A stretch of 64,000 bases of DNA from the human T2T-CHM13v2.0 reference genome, Homo sapiens: NCBI RefSeq assembly GCF_009914755.1, contig NC_060941.1. One strand, 5' to 3'. The notes under the pieces are model-generated. The model saw only the letters and a program-made list of their open reading frames with translations, was not told the DNA's origin and did not search any database. A program made the translations under genes and the position numbers. This document shows, piece after piece, positions 1 through 14,600 of the stretch. Numbering within the stretch: the stretch's first letter is position 1; every line of letters starts with the position of its first letter.

Positions 1-95
1 GTAATCCCAGCACTTTGGGAGGCTGAGGCAGAAGGATCGCTTGTGCCCACGAGTGCAAGACCAGCCTGGCCAACATGGTGGAACCCTGTCTCAAA
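1..95 (+). mobile_element. Alu monomer/FLAM fragment, cut by the window edge
   Basis: GTAATCCCAGCACTTTGGGAGGCTGAGG...CCAGCCTGGCCAACATGG. Confidence 0.85.
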
Positions 96-98
96 TAC

Positions 99-151
99 TA
101 TCTTGGTGCAGAAGTAATTGTGGTTTTTGCCATTACTTTTTAAATGGCAAA
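99..151. mobile_element. Partial MADE1 (Hsmar1-derived MITE)
   Basis: TTGGTGCAGAAGTAATTGTGGTTTTTGCCATTACTT matches the Hsmar1/MADE1 inverted repeat; the second arm is truncated. Confidence 0.75.
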
Positions 152-162
152 TAAATAAAAAG

Positions 163-1495
163 AGGCTCCATCAAGTTTAAGACACTTGTAAGTGATGATA
201 CCAGCCATTTAGTCCATCCCTAAAGAACTGAGGGTCCTGGGAATTTAACCATTTCAATGCAGTATTTTTTGCATTATTAACTGACGAAAAACAGGTGTCC
301 TTTAATGATTTTTTTAAGATTAGAAAATAAAAAGTCAGAAGGAGTTAAATCAGTACTGTAAGGTGGATGCCTGATGATTTCTCATTGAAACTCTCACAAA
401 ATTGTTCTTGTTTTGTTAGTGGAGATGGGTGTTGCTATTTTGTCCAGGCTGGCACAAACTCATAGTTCTTCTACCTTAGCCTCCTGAGTAGCTGGGACTA
501 CAGGTGTGTGCCACTGTGCCCAGCTTGCCCTTGTTTGATGAGAAGAATGAGCAAGAGCATTGTTATGGTGGAGAAGGACTCTCTGGTGAAGCTTTCCCAG
601 ATGTTTTTTTGCTAAAGCTTTAGCTAGTGTTTCTCAGAACACTCTTATAGTAAACAGATGTTATTGTTCTTTGGTCTTCCAGAAAGTTAACAAGCAAAAT
701 GCCTTGAGCATCCCAAAAACTGTTGCCATGACCTTTGCTCTTGATCAGTCTGCTTTTGCTTTGACAGGACCAATTCCACATCTTGGTAACCAACCATTGC
801 TTTGATTGTGCTTTGTCTTCAGGATCATACTGGTAAAGCCATGTTTCCTCTCCTGGTACAATTCTTGGAAGAAATGCTTCGGGATCTTCATCCCACTGTT
901 TAAAATTTCCATTTGAAGCTCTGTTCTTGTCTGCGTCTGATCTGGGTGCAATGGTTTTGGCACCCATTGACTGGAAATTTTTTCAACTTTAATTTTTCAG
1001 TCAGAATTGTGTAAGCAGAGCCAACTGAGATGTCTATGTGTTGGCTATTGCTTCTGCTGTTAATTTTTAGTCCTGTTCAATAAGGGCATGAGCAAGATGA
1101 TTTTTTTCTTGCAAATTGGTGTGGATAGTCTGCACCATGGGCTTTATCTTCAACATCATTTCATCCTTTCTTAAAATGAATTATCCATTTGTAAACTGCT
1201 GATTTCTTTGGAGCATTGTCCCCATAAACACTTCATAAAACACCAGTGATTTCACCATTCTTCCCGCCAAGCTTCACCATAAATTTAATGTTTTTGCTTC
1301 AATTTTAGCAGAATTCATGTTGCTCTAATAGGGGCTCTTTTCAAACTGATGTCTTATCCTTTTTAGTTCTTCAAGCTAGATCTTGTTCAGACATAACAAG
1401 TTAACGACAAGTTTATTTTGGTGCAAAAAAAATTGAAATCCATGCATTTTTTTTCATAATACACATTTTCCATGAACTTTTTGAAGACCCCCTTG
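163..1495 (-). mobile_element. Hsmar2 mariner DNA transposon, decayed, with an Alu fragment at ~412-523
   Basis: TIR (reverse complement GGGGTCTTCAAAAAGTTCATGGAAAATG) at ~1464-1495; transposase remnant RIVPGEETWLYQYDPE, similar to mariner RIVTGDETW, in ORF 620..967. Confidence 0.88.
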
Positions 1496-1659
1496 TAGAA
1501 AGTATATGTGACTTATTACTATTTCTGTCCTTGGGTTGGAAAGATCACCCAATACTAAAACAGAAAGACTATAGATGGCTTTTAGTCTAAAATAACAAAT
1601 ATGTGGTAACTGAGGAGTGGCATATGGTTTCTTTCTTTTTTTCCTCTTTTGAGTTGCAG

Positions 1660-1708
1660 ATTCAGAATGTTCTTCAAGAATTCTTTCAAAATCCAGATTT
1701 CAAGCTTG
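1660..1708 (+). CDS. EFCAB5: EFCAB5 internal coding exon (49 nt; IQNVLQEFFQNPDFKL-G)
   Basis: Polypyrimidine tract and GCAG acceptor (AG 1658-1659); GTAAGT donor at 1709; frame continues into the next exon (G+GA=Gly). Confidence 0.9.
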
Positions 1709-2298
1709 GTAAGTCTGCCTATTACTCTGATATTTTTATTTTTATTTCTTTTTTGGGTGGGGGACACTGAATTCAGATGAAGAGTCAACATGAGACAGAT
1801 GTTATTCAAAACTCTTGCAGGGGCAATTGGGCTCTTCCATGCTGTCCAGATACAGAATGTATACAAGCAGAAAAGCAATCTGTGATTCTCAATCCTTTTA
1901 GTCTGGTGTCCATTTTATTACCAGTACTCTGCAATACTCTTTTATTATCCTATGACATTCCTAGAAAATATTTCTTACATACATAGAATTTTAAAAGAAA
2001 GATATGATGTCATAACTGTGATGTAAACGAGAAATAAAAGTAAAGGCATAAGAAAACTATATGCACTGGCTAGGCATGGTGGCTCACGCTAATATTTACC
2101 AGAGTTGAACACTGCCTCCGTAAATTCCTTAGTTTGAATTTCCTTGACTCTACCCAGTCTTATATCCTACACCTTCACTATAACCCTCCTGGGGTCATTC
2201 TCTGTTTCTCAAATGTTGTTTCTTGAGTTCCCTTTTCATGTTACATAAATTTCCCTGGATAATCTCATCCAGTTCTGTTACTATATATACTAGGATTA

Positions 2299-2654
<356 letters not shown>

Positions 2655-3751
2655 TTACGACTTCGCTAGAAGACGTAATAGAGTAGTCAGACATTTCTAC
2701 CTACTTATAATGTACCTTTAGATATAAGAGAAGTAAAATTATATACAGTTGACCATTTTATTTGTTTTTGACATTTTGGAATAGGGCAAAATGAATATAT
2801 ATATATATATAGAATTCCCAGAAATGCAGACTGACACAGGTGTGTTGTATTAGAATTCAGATACAATTTATATTACTCCCTATTACATAAGTCCTGAAAT
2901 GGTGAACAACTCTTGGTAAAGTTCCAGAATTAAACAAAGTATAATTCTCCCTCAAATTTTCATATAAGTTATATTCTTGGAAAATTCCACAGCAAAATTA
3001 TATTCTGCATTTATATGTAAAATAGAGTTGGGTTCTAAGTTCAAAATTATTATAATCAGGTTTTTCATCTACTTGAATGTCCTGCAGAAGGGGGAAAGTC
3101 TATGTGCAAGAATTCCATGTGTTCTGCCTCTGCTCCTATTCCTCATCACTGTGGCAATAAAAATTCACCCAAAAATTTCCACCATGCTCCCTGGGAGGAA
3201 AGGAGGACAGCACCACCCCTATGGAGAGTCACAGATTTTGGTGCTTTTGTTTTCAGAAAGATTTCCCTATATGAAATTAGGTGGAAAAAAAAAAAAAACC
3301 TCACTTGTCCCATAGGAACTAGAGTTTGGGTCCTGAGATTTACATAATTAATATCCAGTAGATTTTTTTCCAATTGATTATTTGACTACTTTTGTTACAT
3401 TGACAACAATACATTGTCTGAAGTCTGTTGTCACTTTTAAAAATAAAATATGCTTCCCGTCTTCCTGATCACTGATCTCCAAGCATGATTTGGGCCTTAC
3501 TGATAACCTTTTGTCCTTCTACCTGTTCTCACATTTTCCAAAAACCGTAATTCTTCAGTCAGCTCATCTTTTACTCTTGTTTCAAAAAATCATTGAAATA
3601 GCTTCCTTTATTTTTGAATGAGGGTACAGAAGGAGTGAGTTAAGAGAACTCAATTTGGGATCCTGATAAAATTACAGAAATTCCAGAGCATTCCAACTGA
3701 CAGTGATTGTTTCTCCTCTCACCTCCTATACTACAGTATTTATTTCTGTAC

Positions 3752-3975
3752 TATTCATTCGGTCAATATTCATTGAGCCCTCACTTAGTTCCAGATACTG
3801 TAATGAGTAAGAGAATGCAAAGAGGACTGACAAGACATGTTTCCTACCCTTAAGTTGCTCAAACTCCAGTCAGAGACAGACAGACAGGTATACTTAATAG
3901 CAACTGTTACTGCTAGAAACGTCTGGTTTGCATAATCATCTGGAGCTTGGGGGAAGGTCTGGGATGGAAATGTCT
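3752..3975 (-). mobile_element. L2 3' end fragment
   Basis: ATTCATTC...ATTCATTGAG pattern typical of an antisense L2 tail. Confidence 0.5.
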
Positions 3976-4304
3976 GCATCTAATGCATAAGTTTATATGA
4001 AAATTTATATAGCCTTCCTATGGCCACAATAACAGATATCTCATAATTAGCACTTACCAAATTCAAGAGTGATTGAAAAATCTTTTCTATGCCCTTGTGC
4101 CAACCCATGACAGGCAGGAAGAGTTACTATTAGAAGTAGGAGAGGAAGCCAGTGTATAGTTCTTTCATCATGAGCTTTCATACAATTTATGTATTTTTCT
4201 CTTGTAAGGTCAATAAGGATTACATAAATTGTCATATCAAATGAAGGTTTAAAAATCTGTATTTGAACTAACGGTCACATTCATCATTACTGATCACTCT
4301 AATT

Positions 4305-4570
4305 TATGAAACTCTTTTTTCTTGGTTTTTGTGATATCATTCTCTTGATTTTTTTCTTCTATTTTTGGTCACCTTTTAGTGTTTTTGTTTCTTGACTCTT
4401 CTTTTGCTTGCACCTTAAATTTTGTTTTCCAGAGTTTCCTTTTAGGCTTTCTTGTCACTATACACACTATACACATTCTGTGGGTTTTCTTATTCAAGTC
4501 CATGACTGCAGCTGATGACTCCCAATCTATATACACATTACGAACTTTCCCTGAGCCCCAGGTCCTATTT
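4305..4570 (+). mobile_element. L2 RT-region fragment
   Basis: GCTGATGACTCCCAATCTATAT (YADD-region remnant) in a pyrimidine-rich L2-like context. Confidence 0.6.
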
Positions 4571-5249
4571 GAAAAAAAGCTACTATGAGTGGTAAATGAA
4601 AAAGCAAGTTGCACATCAAAATGATCATATTTATAAGTAGAAAAAAGGTACATGTGTATATATATATACATTTGTATACATACAGAAATGCATAGAAAGG
4701 TTGCTGGAAGGATGATAAACTGTTGACAGTGGTTACATCTGGGGCAGAAAGGAGTGAGAGTGCTGATGGGAGGTAGAGAAAAAGGAAGATATTCATGTTT
4801 TGTTGCTTATATTTTTGTATTATTTGAATTTGTTAACTAAAAGAACATTTTTATGCATTATTTAATTTAAGAAACATTAAAGACAAAATAAAGTTTTTAA
4901 AAAGAAAGCTTGCAGAAGTGTTTTGTTTAAGGACCTGCTAGCATAAACCAACACAGATGTTTTTGTAGCCTTTTATACTATTGATGTGCATATTTATTTC
5001 TGCTTTATCCCAATCCAGACATTAAAAATATAGGCTCTTTTTTTTTAGTATTTGGTTTGCTTGCTCAGCCAGGAAAAGTAATAATTTTGTAGTATTTGGT
5101 ATGTTACCCAACTATATGTAATTCACTTTATTGTAATTATGGTTAGACATTAGCTAATAAATAATTTTATGTTCTTTTAAAGCACTATAGTATAAATATC
5201 AAATATATATTACAACCTAACTAACTAGCAAATAATCTTCATTCCATAA

Positions 5250-5348
<99 letters not shown>

Positions 5349-5629
5349 TGAATTGAATTATTTTGTCAGTTTCAATTGTCTGTTGGTGGCTGTCACACAT
5401 CATTAAATTAGTATTAAATGAAAGCACAAAACTTATTTTATACATTCTAAAATATGTACTTTAAAATATTTCAACTCCTCTGAAATTTTACAATTTCTTT
5501 CAATCAGTATCACGCATGATGTGAGAGTATAAAAATCGTCCACTGACACCTTCTGGTAAGATCAAGAAAAACCAGCATCTTATATTCAGTGAAATCTGGT
5601 TATTCAAACAATAATGAGATCTAAAACTT

Positions 5630-5810
5630 ACAAAAACTTTCCTATGGGCCAGGTATCATACATGAACTTGGTTAACCCTCTCAGCAACCCTTTCCTCTGC
5701 TTTTACAGATGAAGACACCAAGATGCAGAAAGGTTAAATAACTTGCACACTGTTTCACAATTAGTAAAACTGGGAAAATTTGTATTCAGTCAGTTTGGTT
5801 TCAAAGTCTA
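5630..5810 (-). mobile_element. MIR
   Basis: TTTTACAGATGAAGACACCAAG...AGGTTAAATAACTTGC core. Confidence 0.7.
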
Positions 5811-6147
5811 CATAATATTGCATATGAAAAAGTATGATTCTATTGTAATGGAATAAGTGAAATAAGCAATTTAATGGTACTAGAGTCCTAAGTCTTCCAC
5901 AGCCTACTTATGTATTTTTTCATGTTTCTCCATTTCCCCTTGTTTTTCTCTGATGAGTTCCAGAGTCCAGGTAACTTTCTGTTTCTCTTTTCATACACCT
6001 TTGCACGATTGAAGGTGAAGATTATGCACTATATACATTTTCAAAGCTCTGTATGAGGGATTTCTGGAATTCTTTTAAAAATTATTGTATAGATAAGAAT
6101 TTGGCAAATTCTACCTCAGTTATGTTCTAACTGTGTTTTCTTAGATT

Positions 6148-6620
6148 CTGTGTTTGTCTATTTGTCATGCATTACTCACAAGGCCAAACTAATGGCCACA
6201 GTTGTTTATATCTCTCCTGTGATCCAGAATCCATACTATGAACCATCTCCTTACTAATTCTCACACACTGAGCTAATATTTCTCCTGCTCTAAATCAACC
6301 CAGAACCAGGTACCAGACAACCAGAGATAGCCCTTCTGCCTCAGAGTCTGCCAGAATTATTCAAACCAGCCAATCCTCAACTGTTTAACCTCTCGTGGCT
6401 TGCATTTCTGGAAACTCCAGTAAGGATTCTGGCTTAGGCTGTCCCTTTGCTCCTTTCTGTTCTGCCTCCTGACCCAAACCTGGTGCTTCCCCTGTGGCCC
6501 TGCATGGTGTGGCATGCTTTCTTCACTCGGAAGTCTTAAGTAATAAAAATTTTCTTTCAGTGGCATTAGCCTCTCCATGTCATCACTCAGTCACCTCCAT
6601 AAATTAAAATTCCACAGATA
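6148..6620 (+). mobile_element. Old ERVL-type solo LTR (MER54/73/74-like)
   Basis: AATTATTCAAACCAGCCAATCCT motif, similar to a recalled consensus; boundaries approximate. Confidence 0.5.
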
Positions 6621-7129
6621 CAAATGAGACAAGCTACTGGAAGAAAAATACACAGAGGAACAAATGATAGTATTAAAATTGTTCATGAAAAGTCAAAGCT
6701 TTATCTCTTTAATACAGTAATAAACATAACTTACATTTCTTTGCAAGGGACTGATGTTCAGTGGTACTTGCCTATTTGTCTTATATTAGTTTCCCTAAAA
6801 GTACGCAAGTTAGAACATTTTCCTATTTTTTTCATTATAAAAGTAGGCCTGATGTGGTGGCTTATGCCAATGACTAGGGAGGCTGAGGCAAGAGGATTGC
6901 TTAAGACCAGGAGTTTGGGACCAACCTGGGCAACATAGTGAGACCCTCATGTCTAAAAACCATTATAAAATATATTAATTTTATGATATGTGAATTATGT
7001 CTCCATAAAAGATAATATAAGTTCATTATAAAAATTTAAAGGCATAAAAATGTAAAGAAGTAAACAATTTTAAATCCACAATTTACCACCAATAAAAGCC
7101 ACAGTTAACACTATATTTTTTTGTGTAAT

Positions 7130-7360
7130 AATAATAGCTAACACTTTTCACTCCTTTTTATGTGCCATATTGTGTACTGAGGTTATTACATGCACTTTCT
7201 TGTGTAATCGTCACACAACTCAGTTATTATTATGTTCATTTTGCAAATGAGACCTAAAAAGGTTGAACACTTGCCTTGAGATCACACAGCACATAAGTGA
7301 CAGAGCTAGACTAGACCCAGGTCAGCCTGACTTCAAAGCTCATCATAGTCTTGACCCTTG
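7130..7360 (-). mobile_element. MIR
   Basis: ATAATAATAGCTAACAC...GGTTGAACACTTGCCTTGAGATCACACAGC. Confidence 0.65.
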
Positions 7361-7529
7361 TGCTTTATAGTGTCTATTATATTCATAGTGAGACATGTAA
7401 GTTTTTAGTTTTAATTTTGTGGTTTTTCCATATAGATTTTTGGTTATGCCTAATATCCTACTTTTTTCACTTAATATCATCTCTTGATCATTTCTCTATG
7501 TCAATAAATATTCTTTAAAACATGTTTTA

Positions 7530-9246
<1,717 letters not shown>

Positions 9247-9594
9247 TGATGCAGGATTTTTTGCTCCTTAGTTCAGCTAAAATCCAAGTTCTTGTCTCAC
9301 AACTAGGGAAATGAGGCATGCAGACACATTGAAGGGTGAAGATGGATTTATTAGGCAAAAAGAAAACTCTCCACAAAGAAAAAGAGGGTCCATCCAACAG
9401 GTTCTCACTTCACAGACTGAATACCAGGTCACCACATGGGAGCCGAAGAGGCCTGGCTTCTCCCCTCTCATAAGGCGTGAATTATTGGTGGCTCTGCCCC
9501 ATTCTCCCAATGCACATGTGGTCCCCCAATCATTTGCAGGCATGCCCAGGCAAGACCCTGTGCAAGGTTTCCTTAGCTTCTCCTGCATCTATCA
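9247..9594 (-). mobile_element. ERV1 solo LTR, MER61-like
   Basis: TG...CA ends; 4-bp TSD CTAT (9243-9246 and 9595-9598); contains a p53-like double decamer. Confidence 0.8.
9538..9557 (+). promoter_or_regulatory. p53-type response element in the MER61-like LTR
   Basis: AGGCATGCCC-AGGCAAGACC: two unspaced decamers, one mismatch, both CWWG cores intact. Confidence 0.65.
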
Positions 9595-9927
9595 CTATGA
9601 GACTTGGGATCTTATTTGCATCTTCTTTTAAAAAGCTTCCTCTGATACCATGCTGGTGGAAGAAGGGGAGTGCCACCTCTCTACTGCCAGGTGGGCATAA
9701 AGATCCAATTTCCCCATTCAATCTCCATTGACATTTTGGAGGCAGGGGCAAGGTGCCTTGTTATTGCTCAGTGGAGGCGAAATTTTCTGATTTCTCTAAA
9801 GGTTAGATAACAATTTAGTTTTAGTTTAGTGTTGTGGAACCTCAGTCTGAGTTACTCCATTTTGATTTTTAGTCTGGTCTGTTGGGCCTGGTTCAGGAGC
9901 TTAGTCCAAGACAACTGCCTTCTATAA

Positions 9928-10398
<471 letters not shown>

Positions 10399-10911
10399 AG
10401 TTTCAGTGTTAGAGTCCCAGAAATGGAACAAATATGTCAAAGAATAAATATTTGAGGTTTTAGTATATATTTGTCAAATTGTGTTCTTGGTTATACTGAT
10501 TTATTCTCCTCAGCAATGCATGATGGCTCTCAAGGCACCGTCTTATCACCAACAGTAGGTATTATTGAGTATAAGAAATCTCTTGGTGAGGCCAAGTCAG
10601 GATTGCATGAGCCCAGGAGTTCAAGGCTGCAGTGAGCTATAATCAAGCCACTGCACTCCAGCCTGGATGACAGAGCAAGACCTTGTCTCAAACAAATAAA
10701 AGTAATTTGATGGCATTTTGTTTTTTAACTCTTATCTTTGAGATTTCTGGTGAGATTAAAGATTATTCTATGTAATTTAAAAATTTCTTCTTACGTAAAT
10801 TATGCATTCAGATCCTTTGGCCATCTTACCTGATTTTTATTTTTTCTTATGGAATTGTAAATGTTCATTATATATTAAAGACATTATTTATGATCACAAA
10901 TTGCATATGTT

Positions 10912-11584
10912 TGTAAACTAAAAATATAATCCTAAGCCTTCTGCTGACTGAACAGACCCCCTCTTATCCAAGGGAACCCCAGAAAAACCTTAAAAACTGA
11001 ATTCCCTGCCATGACAAGAAGGGAGGTCAGGCCTGCCTCATTATATCTCCTCCCCTTTGGAGTTTAGGCACAGTAAGTGACGATTGTTAATGTTAAAATA
11101 CAGATCCTAAAACTGACAAAACAGACTCTTTTTGGCAATAAGATACTAAGTTACAAACAAGACCTAAGGCCATGTCAGGTAAGGGTTAAGTCAAGCCTGT
11201 AGGCCATCAGTCTTGCCACATAGCAGCCTTATCTTAACTTAAAACATTCCTTTCTGCTGACTCCAAGTTTTAGACAGAGCCTTACTCCTTTAAACAATTG
11301 CAAATTAAATAATCTCTGAATCCACCTATAACCTGCAAACCCCTGCTTCACGATATCCCATCTTTTGGGGCCTAACCAACGTATACCTTCCGTGTATTGA
11401 CTTATGTCTTTGCGTGTAAATTCTGCCTCCCTAAAATGTATAAAACCAAACTGTAATCCGACTGCCTTAGGACCACTTACTCAAGGCTTCTTGGGTTTGT
11501 GTTTTCCTCAGGCTGTGGTCACTTATATTATCTCAGAATAAACTTCTTTAAAATATTTTATAGCGTTTGGTTTTTCTGTTAACA
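10912..11584 (+). mobile_element. MER4-group ERV1 solo LTR
   Basis: TGTAAACTAAAAAT start; TATAAAA at ~11439; AATAAA at ~11537; GTTAACA end. Confidence 0.75.
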
Positions 11585-12009
11585 TATTTTTCAACGTTTC
11601 TCAATTGTTTTAAAATTTTGGTGGTTTCTAATTTACAAAAAAATTTTAAAATTTTATGCAAACAAATTTGTAGATTTTTTTTGGAGATCTTTTTTATTGC
11701 TCCCATGCTTAGAAGGTTCTCTTCTTCCCAAATCAGTTAAATATTCACCTAGTTTTTTCTAGCTCTTTTTACTTTTTAAAATTAACTTGAAAATTGTTTT
11801 GATAAGTAATAGAAGGTGAGAATCTAACTTAATTTTTTCCCCCTAAAATGGCTAGCAAAGCATATCACTATGTTTATTAAACAAACCTTCTTTTTATAGG
11901 TAGCTAATTTTCCAAATAAAAGTTTTTCTACATTACTATTTTCTTCCTTTCCAATGGAAAATAAAAGTAGAACATTTTACAAAATTTGAATTACTGAGAT
12001 TTTATCTTA

Positions 12010-12305
12010 TTTTTTTGAGACAGAGTCTCACTCTATCACCCAGGCTGGGGTGCATTGGCACAATTTCGGCTCACTGCAGCCTCAACCTCCTGGGCTCAGG
12101 TTATTCTCCCACATCAGCCTCCCAAGTAGGGGGGATGCCACTTTGCCTGGCACATGCCACTTTGCCTGGCTAATTTTGTTTATTTTTGTGGACATTAATC
12201 TCCCTATGTTGCCCGGGCTGGTCTCAAATTCCTGGATTCAAGCGATCCTTCCACCTCTGCCTCCCAAAGTGCTGGGATTATAGGTGTGAGCCACTGCGCC
12301 CAGCT
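12010..12305 (-). mobile_element. AluJ
   Basis: Diverged antisense Alu dimer. Confidence 0.85.
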
Positions 12306-13054
12306 GAATGAGAGATTTTTTAGTGTCCATGTAAATTTTGATTTTTACAGAAAGAAGAGTATAGCATGAATTTTTTCAAGAATGTATATATTTTAATACA
12401 CTACCTATTGTCCTGTTGATAGAAGATAAATCAAAACCAGAAGAATGGAAAACAGTCTTTTTTGTTGTTGTTTTTGCTTTTAGCAAACTCGGCTGCAAAT
12501 AGCATACACAGTATTAGGTAAAATTTTTTCAGTCATCCCAAGATTTATTAGGGGAAGAAATGGGTAGACAAGCAGTGGATAAATTAGAAGTGGTAAGAAA
12601 ACCCTAGTTCCATGTGGCTTCTTGTTACTTTGTCTGCTGTTGATGAAGCTGTCATCCCTCCATTATCTTTTCATATTTATTGGGAAATACAATTTAATCT
12701 GCCAGACTGAAATGAAAAGATAAATCGAGTATGACTTCTTATTCTTGTTCAGTTGGGAATAAATTTATTCCAGAGTCTTATTTTACTCATAAACTGCCCA
12801 AGTAACATCACTGGAGTAAATTTTTAAAAATTACACAAACTATTATTAAGAGAATATTGTAAAAATGAACCCCTCGTTCTTCCCAATTTGTAGAGACAGA
12901 GGTCTTCTCTGACCATGTCAGTTTAAAATGTAACTTTTCCTATTCTTCTGTGTGGTTAGAGACTTCTAAACAGGAAGTCCAAACAATCATATTTCCATAA
13001 TTCCAAGATGAGTGGTTTTCCTTTTGCATCTCTGAAATCAAGGTGCATCATTTA

Positions 13055-13345
13055 GCCCAGAGTGGTGACCCACACCTGTTATACCACCATTTTGGAAGGC
13101 CAAGGCTGGAGGATCGCTTGAGCCTAGGAGTTCAAGACCAGCCCGGGCAACATAGTGGGACCCTGTCTGTACAAAAAATTAAAAACATAGCCAGGCATGG
13201 TGGCTCACGCCTGTAATCCCAGCTACTCAGGAGGCTGAGACCTAGGAGGATTGCTTGAGCCTGGGAAGTCAGGCTGCAGTGAACCATGATTGCACCACTG
13301 CACTCTGGGCAACAGAGTGAGACCCTGTCTCAAAACAAAAAAACG
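13055..13345 (+). mobile_element. AluJ
   Basis: Diverged Alu dimer. Confidence 0.85.
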
Positions 13346-13659
13346 AAAAGCTGCGTCATTTGATAAAGCAGTATGTTTTCCTCTCTTCCCCAATCCCCCA
13401 ATCTATTAAGTCAATAGCCCATCTAATGATTGATGGGTTTTGCTGATTAAAAAAATAAAAGCTGTACTATATGCATTTTATAAGCTAAACATCTAATATA
13501 AAAGGATGAAAAAAGATGAAAATAAGAAAATTGTTAAAGGAATAGCAGATACATTAAATAAACAAGTAAATAAACAAAAAGCAGATTTCAAGGTTAAAAA
13601 TCATTTAATGAGATCAAGACTATTTTTTATATTTGTAAATGTGAAAATTTTATATTTTA

Positions 13660-13951
13660 AGGCTGGGTGAGGTGGCTCACGCCTGTAATCCCAGCACTTT
13701 GGGAGGCCGAGGCAGGCAGACCGTTGGAGGTCAAGAGTTCAAGACCAGCCTGGCCAACATGGTGAATCCTGTCTCTACCAAAAATACAAAAATTAGCTGG
13801 GCATAGTGGCATGTGCCTGTAGTCCCAGCTACTTGGGAGGCTGAGGCAGGAGAATCACTTGAACCCAGGAGACAGGTTGCAGCGAGCTGAGATCATGCCA
13901 CTGCACTCCAGCCTGGGTGACAGAGCAAGACTCCATCTCAAAAAAAAAAAA
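13660..13951 (+). mobile_element. AluS
   Basis: Alu dimer with A tail; duplicated flank AAAATTTT(T)TATATTTTAA. Confidence 0.9.
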
Positions 13952-14132
13952 TTTTTTTATATTTTAAAATTTAAAATTAATGAAGTTAATAGGACTCTCT
14001 TAAGCTTTATGAGTTTATAGCACATTGTAATAGAATATATAAAAATATAAATAAAAGGTAAAAAATTTACAATAATTGTGCAGATTTTTAAACTTTTTTT
14101 GGTAGCAGCTTTATTCAGATATAATTTACAAA

Positions 14133-14600
14133 CTGCATTTATTTCCTGTGGCTGCTGTAGCAAATTACTGCAAACTTGGTTGCTGAAAACAGCAGACATT
14201 TATTTTCTCACAGCTCTGGAGGCCAGAAGTCCAAGATCAGTATCACTGGGCCAAAATGAAGGTGCTGGCAGGGCTGCACTGCTCTCAGGAGGGTCTGTGG
14301 AAGAATTTGTTCCTTGGCTCTTCCAACTTCTGGTGGCTGTTGGCATTCCTTTACTTGTGGCTGCATCACCAGTCCCTGTCTTTGTGGTCACATTGCCTTT
14401 TCTTCTCCTGTCTGAGAAATCTCCTTCTTAAAAGGATATATGTGATTGCATTTTAGGGTCTACCTAGATAATTTAGGATAATCTCCCCATCTCAAAATCC
14501 TTAATCACATCTGCAAAGACTCTTTTCCCATATAAGGAAGCATTTACAGATCCAGGGATTAGGACTTTACATCTTCGAGAGCCATTATCCAACCTACTAT
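14133..14600 (-). mobile_element. MLT1 (MaLR) LTR
   Basis: GCTGCTGTAGCAAATTAC...CTCACAGCTCTGGAGGCCAGAAGTCCAAGATC. Confidence 0.75.

Noticed and set aside
620-967. Active mariner transposase or SETMAR-like fusion
   Set aside because: It is a frameshifted Hsmar2 relic with the first catalytic Asp motif altered (GEETW), antisense to the gene and without splice support.
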